A stretch of DNA of 64,000 bases from assembly GCA_965223845.1 (NCBI GenBank), contig CBDCXR010000004.1:6048001-6112000 (forward strand), written 5' to 3'. Numbering within the stretch: the stretch's first letter is position 1; each line of letters opens with the position of its first letter. The notes beneath the pieces were generated by a model. The model saw nothing but the letters and a program-made list of their open reading frames with translations. It was not told where the DNA came from and ran no database searches. The stretch is from Planctomycetota bacterium (GTDB taxonomy: Bacteria; Planctomycetota; UBA8108; SXIK01). Shown here one piece after another: positions 28,208 to 37,129 of the stretch. The position numbers and the translations under genes were made by a program.

Positions 28208-29932
28208 CTAACGCGCCGCATCGTGCCCCTCGCCGGAAGGAGACGCAGTCCCGTCCGGTCCGCAGAGTACCGTCGCGATTTCCACCGCCGTTCGAGGCGG
28301 CGGCGCCGTCGGCTCTCGCTCTCTTCGCTTCGCGGCCGCCTCTCGCCGGAGAAAGATCTCCTCGACGCGGTCGAGGCGTTCGTAAAGGACTCTCCATGCG
28401 GCGCCGTCATCGATCGCCGCAATTCTCGCGAGCCGAAGACCTTCGGACCGCTCGCCGAGCTCGAAACGCTGTTTCGCGGCTCGGAGGAGATGGCGCGCCC
28501 GCGCCGCGCCGCGCGCGTGTCCGGCCGCGTAGAGATCACCGCGGATCGCGCGTTCGAGCGCAGTCGATTCGTCTGCTCTCCGCCGCGCTGACGCGAGTGC
28601 GCGTTCGTCGACCGCTCCGCGCGCGGTCAAGCACTCGAGGAGCGCGATGTCGTAGTCGCTTCGGCGATCGGTGACCCCGTTCGGTTTGGGCAGATCTTCG
28701 CACGCGACGGCCTCTCCCCGCGCGAGTCGGACGCGCGCCGAGAGCAGCGTCGCCGCGTTTCGCTCACGCGTCGAAAACGAACCGCGCGCGAGAATTTCTT
28801 CCGCGGCGAGAAACTGGCGGCTCTCGACGAGTGCTCGCGCGAGGAGGAGCGCGCCGGCACCGCGCCCGCTTCGCCGGTAGAGTTCGAGCCATCTCGCCGC
28901 TCGCGCGGGTTCGTCGAGATCTTCGAGGACGATCTGGGCGAGCCGCGGTGCCCACATCGCGACGAGACGTGAATCACTCCGGCAGAGAGACTCGAGCTCT
29001 CGGGCGGCAGAGTCACTTTCGCCGCGGAGTGCTCGCGTCATCGCACGCCAACCGCGTACGTCGGGATGCGCGGACCCGATCGCTGCGCCGAGCCGTTCGA
29101 TTTGCTCGAGCGCTTCCGGTGCAGCGTACGACGCGACGAGATTCTCGATGAGAAACACGATGGCGCCCGGATCCGCGCTCTGTGCGGATTCACTCAAGAC
29201 CTCCCGCGCACGCTCCATCTGCCCGCGGAGCGTGAACGCGCGCGCGATCGTCCTCGCGGCGATCGCCGAGCGGCCCAGCTCGCTCTCGAGCTCCGCTCGT
29301 CGCTCCTCTCCGTCCCCTCGCTCGAGCTTCCGCGCGAGCGTGAGAAACGCCGCGGCGGCGCCGTCGCTTTCCGTCCGGCTCCTTTGAAGGCGCGCGAGTG
29401 CCGCGGCGAGGCGAAGATAAACCCAGCGATCGTAGGGATCGTCCGTGAGAAGCTCCGCGGCGAGCGTCACCGCGCGTCGCGACTCCCCGTTCTTTTCGAG
29501 TGCGAGTAGGAGCTCTTTCCGCGCCGATTCTCGTTCGCGCGGCGTCGCCGCGAGCTCGATCGCCCGGGTGAGGTACCGCTTCGCCTTTGCGTACGCTCCG
29601 CGCGCGCGCAATCCGATCCCGAGCGCGGAGAGTCCGTCGAAGGAATCCGGCTGCGATTCGATCCAGGCGCGTCCGTAGCGTTCGAGCGCAGCCGCATCGC
29701 GCGATTGTCGCGCCCGTGCGAGCACCGCTCGGAGCGTTTCCTCTGCGGCGGGTTGTTGCCAAAACCGCTCGGTCCCGAACTCGAGCGCGCGGAGATCGGG
29801 GTCGATCTCGACGGCGTTTGCCGTCGCCGGGGACGGTTGCTTCGCCCCGCGGTCGCAGGCGACGATCGTCGCGGAGACGAGAAGCGCCGCGACTCCCGCG
29901 CGCGCGGCGACCCACCGAACCGTTTCGGCCAT
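28208..29932 (-). CDS. TPR-repeat lipoprotein
   Basis: AAGGAG RBS, lipobox IVAC, TPR-like ALGIGLRARGAYAKAKRYLTRAIEL. Confidence 0.7.
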   Translation of the reverse strand: MAETVRWVAARAGVAALLVSATIVACDRGAKQPSPATANAVEIDPDLRALEFGTERFWQQPAAEETLRAVLARARQSRDAAALERYGRAWIESQPDSFDGLSALGIGLRARGAYAKAKRYLTRAIELAATPRERESARKELLLALEKNGESRRAVTLAAELLTDDPYDRWVYLRLAAALARLQRSRTESDGAAAAFLTLARKLERGDGEERRAELESELGRSAIAARTIARAFTLRGQMERAREVLSESAQSADPGAIVFLIENLVASYAAPEALEQIERLGAAIGSAHPDVRGWRAMTRALRGESDSAARELESLCRSDSRLVAMWAPRLAQIVLEDLDEPARAARWLELYRRSGRGAGALLLARALVESRQFLAAEEILARGSFSTRERNAATLLSARVRLARGEAVACEDLPKPNGVTDRRSDYDIALLECLTARGAVDERALASARRRADESTALERAIRGDLYAAGHARGAARARHLLRAAKQRFELGERSEGLRLARIAAIDDGAAWRVLYERLDRVEEIFLRREAAAKRREREPTAPPPRTAVEIATVLCGPDGTASPSGEGHDAAR

Positions 29933-30022
29933 GCTCCTTGCCGACGGGCGGGCGGGCTTCCCTCCGATCCCCATTCGGTCCTCTCCTCACTCTCCCTCGC
30001 TGGCAGTGTTCGCGCCCGCCGT

Positions 30023-30038
30023 CGGCACGAACATTGCG
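30023..30038 (+). promoter_or_regulatory. sigma-54 (-24/-12) promoter
   Basis: cGGCACGaacaTTGCg: GG-N10-GC, close to the TGGCACG-N4-TTGC consensus, about 85 nt upstream of ATG 30123. Confidence 0.65.
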
Positions 30039-30122
30039 TCCGCTTGCCGCTCTCCGAGCGGATGTTACTCTTCGACGGGCAGGAGCGGATATCGGAACTT
30101 CGCGACGAAGGAGATCAGATCG

Positions 30123-30314
30123 ATGAGTCGTTGTGTCGAGCCCGATTGGCAGGCTCTCTACGCGGGGATTCAGCGCTCGCGCGCGACGGAGTCGGGTGAA
30201 GATCTCGACTCTGAAGAGCAGGCGTGCCCGAACTGCGTCGGCGGCCTCGTCTCCGACGACGAGGTGTGTCCGATCTGCAGCGGGTACGCGGTCGTCAAGG
30301 TCGTCGCAGTGTAG
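30123..30314 (+). CDS. 63-aa zinc-finger microprotein
   Basis: AAGGAG RBS; CPNCVGG...CPICSG (DnaJ-like CxxCxG pair). Confidence 0.7.
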   Translation: MSRCVEPDWQALYAGIQRSRATESGEDLDSEEQACPNCVGGLVSDDEVCPICSGYAVVKVVAV

Positions 30315-30658
30315 ATCGAATCGGATTTGAGGCCCGGCAGTGTGGAGGGAGTCTTCGCTCGCGCGCGTGCGGCCGCGGAGCGGAGGGCACTCGTCCCTCG
30401 GGGAGAGAGGTGGTTGGCGACCCGAAGCGCGCCTTTTTTTGCGCGCCGGGACTCGAGCCTGGATCAGCGGGATGCTCGAGTCCGCCGACCCGAGTGGTAC
30501 CCGTGCCCTCCGCTCCGCGGCCGTCGCCGCGCGTCGCGATTCGCCTCGGCAGCCGCGGTGCCTCGACGAAAGTCGGGACGCCGCGGCTCGCGTTCCTTTT
30601 GGTGGGCCGCGGAAGTGTCGTCGACTCTGAGGAAAGGGACGACACTCGACGGCAGGCG

Positions 30659-31603
30659 CTATCCTCGCCACCGCCGACAGAGATCCCTCGCCGCATTCGG
30701 CCACTCCGGGAACTGGAACTCGAATCCGGACTCGATCAAGCGCGACGGCACGACGCGACGACTCTTCAAGATCAACTCCGTCTCCGTGCGCAGGAAAAAC
30801 GCACCGAGCTCCAGCATCGGGACCCGTGCCGGCAGGCCGAAGCCGATCCCCCACGCTGTGCGGAGCGCACGCATGAACTCTGCGTTCGGGACGGGATGGG
30901 GCGCCGCGAGATTGACGGCGCCGCTCAGCGCCGAGTGATCGACGAGCCAGTAGATCGCGCGCACGAAGTCGTCGCCGTGGATCCACGAGACGAACTGACG
31001 GCCGTCGCCGCTTGCGCCGCCGAGCCCGAAGCGGACGAGCCGGAGGAGGACGTCGAAGATCCCGCCGCGGTCGGGGCTCATCGTCATCGCCGAGCGGAGA
31101 AGCACCCGGCGCGTCGCCGGCACGTTAGCGTCGGTCGCGGCGCGCTCCCACGCCTTCGCGACCTCGATGCTGAACCGCCACGTCTCGGGTGCGCCCGTCT
31201 CCCCACCGCCGATCATCCCCGTTTCTTCATCGTTCGGCGCGTCGAACCGGTGCGAGTAGATCGTCGCGGTGCTCGCCTGGAGCCAGACGCTCGGCGGGCG
31301 GGAGGATTTCTCGATCGCCTCGCCGATGGCGCGAGTCGAGCGGACCCGTGACTCCAGAATCTCCCGACGGTTTCGCGCGTGGTAGCGACAATCGACACTG
31401 CGCCCCGCCAGATTGATGACGACTCCCGCGCCGTCGAGCTCGCGGAGCCACTCGCCGCAGCTTACGCCGTCCCAGTAAAGAGTACGCCACGGCCGCCGCT
31501 GCGGCCGCCGACTGAGGACGACGATCTCGTGCCCGTCGCGGACGAACGCACGAGCGAGCAGAGTACCCACTTGTCCGGAGCCACCGGCGAGGACGATCTT
31601 CAT
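30659..31603 (-). CDS. TIGR01777-family NAD-dependent epimerase/oxidoreductase (DUF1731)
   Basis: MKIVLAGGSGQVG, VINLAG, GDGRQFVSWIH, SRRVVPSRL..GFEFQFP; AAGGAG upstream. Confidence 0.9.
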   Translation of the reverse strand: MKIVLAGGSGQVGTLLARAFVRDGHEIVVLSRRPQRRPWRTLYWDGVSCGEWLRELDGAGVVINLAGRSVDCRYHARNRREILESRVRSTRAIGEAIEKSSRPPSVWLQASTATIYSHRFDAPNDEETGMIGGGETGAPETWRFSIEVAKAWERAATDANVPATRRVLLRSAMTMSPDRGGIFDVLLRLVRFGLGGASGDGRQFVSWIHGDDFVRAIYWLVDHSALSGAVNLAAPHPVPNAEFMRALRTAWGIGFGLPARVPMLELGAFFLRTETELILKSRRVVPSRLIESGFEFQFPEWPNAARDLCRRWRG

Positions 31604-31709
31604 GTTCGAGGTCTCTCCTTGCGAAGCGGTCGCGAGAAGAGAACCGCAAACGAGACGACTCCGTAACGGTGAACGGCTGTCCCCCAGAGCGAACCGGACG
31701 CGCGAGCAC

Positions 31710-31751
31710 AAAAAAAACCGCGGTTCCCCGACTCTCGCCGGGAAACCGCGG
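31710..31751 (-). terminator. intrinsic terminator of the 31784..35464 gene
   Basis: Minus strand CCGCGGTTTCCC..GGGGAACCGCGG followed by T8. Confidence 0.75.
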
Positions 31752-31783
31752 CCCCGAAACAACGCCCCGGAGATCAACTGCCC

Positions 31784-34700
31784 TTAGATCGACTCCTCGC
31801 AGCCGATGCGGTCCGCGGTTGGATCGACACCCGGCGTCGGGAACGGAGCCGGCGGCTTCGGCCCGCCGCCGAAGAGGTAGTTGAGGAGATAGATCGAATC
31901 GGCGAGATCCGAGCGGCCGTCGTCGTTCGCGTCCGCCGCGTCCATGCACGTCGGCTTCGGACCCGCACCGAAGAGGTAGTTGAGGAGGAAGATCGCGTCG
32001 CCGATATCGCTCCGGCGGTCACCGTTCGGATCGCCGCGGAGGAACTCGGGCTCGTCGCTCGGTGCGTCGACTCCAACGAAGACCTCGACCGTCGAGCGCG
32101 AGCGATTGCCGGCTGAATCCTTCGAGTCGAGGTGGATCGTGTGCCGTCCCGGCGAAAGCCCTTCGACGTCGATCCGGCGACCGCGGCCGAGCACGCCGTC
32201 CCGGTCGGACGACCAGAGAACGTCTCGCTCCGAGATCTCTCCGTCTTCGTCGTCGCTCACGCTCGCTTCGAAGATCAGGGCGTCGCCCGATTCGATCTCC
32301 TCGTCGTCGCGCGGCCAGAAGATGACGGAGTACGGGGCCTTGTCGGCGACCTCGAACGGCCCGGCGATCGCCTGCGCCGTGTTGAGGCCGTCGGACGCGG
32401 TCACGCGAACGAGTGCCTTCGGCGAGCCAGTGAGATTCGCGGCGGGGACGTCCAGCCGATCGCCCGGGACGTCACGGCGCAGCATCTCCCAGGTCTCACC
32501 GCCATCCGACGAGTAGTGGACGGCGTAGACGAGGTCGTCGCGATCGGAGTCGCTTCCGCGCCAGCGGATCTCGACCGTGTCCTCGACTCCGTAGGAATCG
32601 CCGGCGCGCGGCGAAGTCACCTCGACCGTCGGCGCGCTCGGACTCGCGTCGGCGCGGTGGACGAGCTCGTCCTTCCAGCGGATCTCGATGGCGACGCTGC
32701 CTTTCGGAAACGGCATGAGGAGCGCGAACTGGCGGAGGTGATTCGAGCTGTGCTGAACCTCCTGGGGTGCGACGCGACGCTCCGCGAGGACGTCGCCTCC
32801 GGCGCCGAGAGCGCGGACTTCGAGGTCGCCGTCCGAGTCGGGGAGCGACAGTCCGCGAGGAGTCGGCACGCGGTAGAGACCGCCGAGGTGGACTTCGTCG
32901 ACGCCCGAGTCGTGCTCGTCGCCGTGATCATGGTCATGATCGTGATCGTGATCGTGTCCGTCGTGTCCGTGATCGTCCGCGGCCTCCTCGTGCTCTTCGC
33001 CCGTGATCGTGCCGCTGATCGCGACCACCTCCGGCGCGGAGACCGGACCCGCCGCGCCGCCGATTCCGAACGATCCACCGAACCCGTCGAGCAAGATTCC
33101 GTTCCACGTGTAGGGCGAGGTCCAGTAGGGGTTTCGCCCGTAGGACATGTAATCGTGGAGGAGGTGGCACTCGGGCTCGTCGGTGAGATTGCAGTTGCGG
33201 AAGCTCGTGCGGAGGAACGAAGGGATGTCCGCTTCGTTCGTGTAGCGCGGCCGCACCACGACCCAATCGGTCGTATCGAAACCGTAGAACGGAATCGTCC
33301 CGTGCGGGTGCGGATAGCGTCCGTCGTAGCCGCCCCCCGATGACTCGCCGTGACCGTTTCCGGCGTGGCTCCGTCCGATGTTGTGGACGAGCTCCTGCGC
33401 GGCGACCCACGGCGTAGCCTCGGAGACCGAACCCGGCGCGTTCAGCGTCGCGAGTCCGCCGGGAGTACCGCTCACGAGTCCGATCGCGTAGCTCGACCAG
33501 GTGCAGCCCGTGAAGAACGTCTCGAACCATCCGTCCCAGCACGTGAAGCGGCTCTGAACTTCGCCCATGATCCGCGAGAGATCGGACGGATCGGGAAGCG
33601 GCGAGAGCGCGAGCGTTCGCATCGGCAGAACTTGGAGTTCACCGTGCGGAAGCGCGCGGCGGATCGCTTCCAGGGAAAAGAGCGACTGCGCGACCGTCGG
33701 CGTCATGACTCGCCCCGCACCGTCCCGCGTCGTCACGCGCACCGGCCGGACGCTCAGGCGCTCGGACGCGGTGAAAAACACCGTCTGCTCCACGCGATTG
33801 TTGTCGAGGCAGTTCTCGCACTCTCCGAGCGTGTTGTCGGGGTCGACGATCCCGACGAGATCGACGCCGCCGGCGGTGTCGGTCCACGTCGTCGGCAGGA
33901 GGAAGTTCCACGTTTTGTTCACGTCGCCGTGACGCTCGGGGAACGTCTCGCCCGCGATCACGTCGATCGTGTCGCCCCCCACCGGCCGAATTGGCGAGCC
34001 GGGGAGCTCACGTCCGTCGCGGAAGGCGTACAGCTCCGCGGGAATGTTTCGAACGGTGGCGCCGCTCAGCCCAGGGGTGAGTCGGGCGACGGTCCGGCGA
34101 TTCGTGACGAGAAACCCCGTCTCGACCGCCTGGGTGACCCGCATGGAAGCGGAGATTCGATTGGGTCGCTCGATCACCACGCGTACGTTGTCCGCTCCCG
34201 ATCCGCCGCCTTCGTCCGTCGCTCGCACGGTAATCGTGTTGAACGTGCGCTCGGCGATGTCGAGAAGATCGACTCGCGCTCTAAACTCGTAGTTCGGCGC
34301 CGAGCCGGTCACGCTCTCGATGACTCCCGCGCGACTCCGGCCGCCAACGGCGGCTTCGATGGTCAAGTTTCGGGTCGTGAAAGTTCCGTATTCCTTGCGA
34401 ACACGACCGCGCACCGCGACGCGCGGGCTCGAGAATGTCGCATCCGCGACCGGGGACGTGATCGTGACCTGCGGCGCGGCGCCGTACGTCACGACGACCG
34501 AGTGCGAATGAGTTTGGTTGCTCGAGTCGACGGCGGTCACGGTGATGCGATTTCGTCCGGGGCGCAGAAAGACGCTCGACGAAATCGACGGGAATCGAAA
34601 GTTCGGTGCCGTGCCCGCCGTGAGGAGAGGAACGTTGATGTCGTCCTCGCTCGAGTCGAGAAACTCCATGCGGAAGCGAACGATGCCGAGCGCTACGTCT

Positions 34701-35464
34701 TCGGTGATCGTTCCGCCGAAGGGGACGTTGTTGCTGCCGAAAAAGACCGCGCCGTTCGCGGGCTCGAGGATGCGGACGACGGGGGCCGCGTCCGGCGGCG
34801 GGGGCGGAGCCGAAGCGCCTTCGAAGTAGAGATTGTCGATGATCTCCACGCCGTTTCGATCGAGCTCGATCGGCGTGCCGTCGAAGATCTGGCGGTCGAC
34901 GTAGTGCACCTCGGCGCGCCGAATGCGGTTCGACCCGACGTCGACCGAGAGCTGAATGCCGACGTCGTGCGCGCTCGTACCGAGCGGCTCGACGTCGGTT
35001 GCGATCACCGCGCCCGAGTCGTCGCGAACACGGAGAACCGCATACTCGCGTACTCCGGCCCACCGCCGCCCGCAGCGGAGCATGATCTTCTGCTGGAGGC
35101 TCGTGAACCGAAAGCGCATCGGGCCCGGATGGGTCGGGATGTCGAGGCCGTAGGGGACCTCGAGGCAGTGCGGCCATGTGCCCGTCGACACGGGTGCGGG
35201 CCGCACGATTCGGGGATTCCCCTCGAAGACGACGCCGAGCGACGAGTACTGGTTGCTCACCCGTGTCGTCTCGTCGAGATCGTCAAAGTTGATCGACGTC
35301 CCGGGAAAGGGATCCGGGAGCGGCGGCGGATCGATCGGCGGGGGGAGACCGGGATCCGGGAGCGGCGGGAGCTGGGCGGCGGCGGGCACGCTCCAGCAGA
35401 GGGCCGCGGCGAGGAGACAGAGCCAGAACTGGCTGTGACGATTGGAGTTGGGGAGACGGTACAT
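31784..35464 (-). CDS. large secreted protein: Ig-like domains, metzincin-like peptidase domain, His/Asp linker, C-terminal dockerin-I
   Basis: Signal peptide, Pro-rich linker, QELVHNIGRSH plus Met-turn DYMSY, WSSDRDGVLG Ig repeat, FLRGDPNGDRRSDIGDA dockerin. Confidence 0.88.
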   Translation of the reverse strand: MYRLPNSNRHSQFWLCLLAAALCWSVPAAAQLPPLPDPGLPPPIDPPPLPDPFPGTSINFDDLDETTRVSNQYSSLGVVFEGNPRIVRPAPVSTGTWPHCLEVPYGLDIPTHPGPMRFRFTSLQQKIMLRCGRRWAGVREYAVLRVRDDSGAVIATDVEPLGTSAHDVGIQLSVDVGSNRIRRAEVHYVDRQIFDGTPIELDRNGVEIIDNLYFEGASAPPPPPDAAPVVRILEPANGAVFFGSNNVPFGGTITEDVALGIVRFRMEFLDSSEDDINVPLLTAGTAPNFRFPSISSSVFLRPGRNRITVTAVDSSNQTHSHSVVVTYGAAPQVTITSPVADATFSSPRVAVRGRVRKEYGTFTTRNLTIEAAVGGRSRAGVIESVTGSAPNYEFRARVDLLDIAERTFNTITVRATDEGGGSGADNVRVVIERPNRISASMRVTQAVETGFLVTNRRTVARLTPGLSGATVRNIPAELYAFRDGRELPGSPIRPVGGDTIDVIAGETFPERHGDVNKTWNFLLPTTWTDTAGGVDLVGIVDPDNTLGECENCLDNNRVEQTVFFTASERLSVRPVRVTTRDGAGRVMTPTVAQSLFSLEAIRRALPHGELQVLPMRTLALSPLPDPSDLSRIMGEVQSRFTCWDGWFETFFTGCTWSSYAIGLVSGTPGGLATLNAPGSVSEATPWVAAQELVHNIGRSHAGNGHGESSGGGYDGRYPHPHGTIPFYGFDTTDWVVVRPRYTNEADIPSFLRTSFRNCNLTDEPECHLLHDYMSYGRNPYWTSPYTWNGILLDGFGGSFGIGGAAGPVSAPEVVAISGTITGEEHEEAADDHGHDGHDHDHDHDHDHGDEHDSGVDEVHLGGLYRVPTPRGLSLPDSDGDLEVRALGAGGDVLAERRVAPQEVQHSSNHLRQFALLMPFPKGSVAIEIRWKDELVHRADASPSAPTVEVTSPRAGDSYGVEDTVEIRWRGSDSDRDDLVYAVHYSSDGGETWEMLRRDVPGDRLDVPAANLTGSPKALVRVTASDGLNTAQAIAGPFEVADKAPYSVIFWPRDDEEIESGDALIFEASVSDDEDGEISERDVLWSSDRDGVLGRGRRIDVEGLSPGRHTIHLDSKDSAGNRSRSTVEVFVGVDAPSDEPEFLRGDPNGDRRSDIGDAIFLLNYLFGAGPKPTCMDAADANDDGRSDLADSIYLLNYLFGGGPKPPAPFPTPGVDPTADRIGCEESI
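32923..32975. repeat. imperfect hexamer repeat (GTGATC-like) encoding (His-Asp)n
   Basis: cgtgatcatggtcatgatcgtgatcgtgatcgtgtccgtcgtgtccgtgatc, translating to HGHDGHDHDHDHDHDHG on the minus strand. Confidence 0.8.
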
Positions 35465-35676
35465 GGGGACCTCCTGGCGATAGAAACGGGTTGAACTCGC
35501 CTGTGGAGGGCCGGTGGGAACGGTCGCCGTAACCCGAAAACCAAAAAAACCTCTCGCCGTAGTGGAGTCGGGGGAGCCGCTTCGGGGGGTGGGTCAAGCG
35601 AGCCCGCGATTCTCGGGTCCGCGGGCGGGACGGACTCGCCGAGTGGCTTCCGGCGGGCGGGGACCTCGAGTTCGAG

Positions 35677-36591
35677 CTACGGGATCCGCGCCGAGAGGAG
35701 CCGCAGCGACATCGCCCGCGAAGGATCAGCGGGGTGCGCGGCCTCGATCGCGATGATTCCCGCCCCCGGGAGGATCGGGTTCACGCACGGCGCGACGAAC
35801 GCCGTGCCGACGAGCGCGGGAGAGTCGTAGATGCGGACCTCGAACGGGAGCGCGAGGATCGGGTGCGGGACATCCTGAATCGGCGCGGCTCTCCGTGCGT
35901 CTCCGAGCGCCGGAAGGAGACCGATCTCGAGTTTGAGCCCGTGGCGGAGTACGGCGAACACCGACGGCTTCGCGACGACGAGATCCACGAGGGGCTCGAG
36001 AGTCGGGTTTTCGTGAGCGAGACTGAAGAGACTCAGCCAGGCCGCGAGTGACCGCTGGAGGGCATCGAGTTCATCCTCCGTCGGAACGCCGTCCGCGCGT
36101 TCGGCGAGCTGGAGACCGATGGCGCCGCCATCGTAGAGACCGCGCTGGAGGAAGTCGGCCGGAACCGGATAGATGCCGCGGTGCTGTTCTTTCCCACTTG
36201 CGTCGTAGGTGGCGATCTCCAGATCCAGCGCCCTCGAGGGAAAGGTGCGCTCGCGGTCGCCGCTCTGAAGTACCTGCCGAAACGGGGCGCGGCGACCGTC
36301 GGGAATTTCCCGGGGCAACGATCGAACGGTCATGCGAACGAACCATCGTCGCGGACTCTGCTCGCGCGCGAGAGCGAGACCGTAGACGAGCTCGTTGCCG
36401 ACGATCCAGTCGCTCGAGTCCCGCCAATCGAAGATCCCCGGAGAGACTCCGATGCGCTCGCAGGGAGCAAAGTCTCCGAGGGGCGCCGGCGCGAGACTCG
36501 GCGTATGCTCCGGCGTGGGAGCCCGACACGCGGCGAGAAAGAGCGCGAGAGCGGCGAGTTCGAAGTGGCCTAGGCGGGAGCGATGGGGCAC
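35677..36591 (-). CDS. hypothetical lipoprotein
   Basis: Lipobox LFLAAC followed by a globular region; start (GTG 36591) uncertain. Confidence 0.6.
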   Translation of the reverse strand: MPHRSRLGHFELAALALFLAACRAPTPEHTPSLAPAPLGDFAPCERIGVSPGIFDWRDSSDWIVGNELVYGLALAREQSPRRWFVRMTVRSLPREIPDGRRAPFRQVLQSGDRERTFPSRALDLEIATYDASGKEQHRGIYPVPADFLQRGLYDGGAIGLQLAERADGVPTEDELDALQRSLAAWLSLFSLAHENPTLEPLVDLVVAKPSVFAVLRHGLKLEIGLLPALGDARRAAPIQDVPHPILALPFEVRIYDSPALVGTAFVAPCVNPILPGAGIIAIEAAHPADPSRAMSLRLLSARIP

Positions 36592-36759
36592 GCGAGTTCG
36601 CGGTCGTGGGGCCGGACGCGCCGCGACGTGCTCGAGGAGTCGCCTCGAGCGGTCGAGGTCGAGAAGCGCGAGAACTAGAGACGCAGCGTAGCCGCGCGAC
36701 GAAGCGAAGAGAAGCGAGGAACGGCGTGCAAGCGCGTCTCGCGCATCGCCCTCTCTCCC

Positions 36760-36892
36760 CAAACAACGAGGGACCCAAACCCTCTCGGGTCTGAGTCCCT
36801 CGCTAGCACGGGGTTTCACCGAAGCCCCGCGCGGGGTGAGAACGGAGTGACGAGTGTTTCACGACTCGCGATGCCAGGCGCGAGCGCCCCGA
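36760..36892 (-). ncRNA. putative sigma-54-dependent small RNA (~130 nt)
   Basis: Lies between a sigma-54 motif and a 16-bp hairpin with GAGA loop plus TTGTTT; G-U pairs favour the minus strand; no RBS-supported ORF. Confidence 0.45.
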
Positions 36893-36901
36893 CGAAGCTG
36901 G

Positions 36902-36917
36902 TGCAAGACCGATGCCG
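36902..36917 (-). promoter_or_regulatory. sigma-54 promoter
   Basis: Minus strand cGGCAtcggtcTTGCA (GG-N10-GC); imperfect palindrome CTAAGTCTTGG-N5-CCAGAGACTAG just upstream (36944-36970). Confidence 0.55.
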
Positions 36918-37129
36918 TTTGTTCGCGGCGCCGGATCCGAGCTCTAAGTCTTGGATACGCCAGAGACTAGGAGCGGTTTCGACCGGGCCCTCGCGCGTCC
37001 GTTCGCCGCGTTCGCCCAGGTAAGAATTGCCGCCTGGGGCTCGATCGGGCGTCTTCCCACGTAGACTTCGCTCGCCCTAGCCGCGGATAATAGAAGGGGA
37101 TTGCCGGCGACGGAGGGCGAGAGAGGATC

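Noticed and set aside
30416-30441. Terminator after the zinc-finger gene
   Set aside because: A T-tract is present but the stem is only about 4 bp with a large loop; too weak to call.
32923-32975. Short tandem repeat as CRISPR or phase-variation tract
   Set aside because: In-frame degenerate hexamers encoding His-Asp; no spacers and no cas genes.
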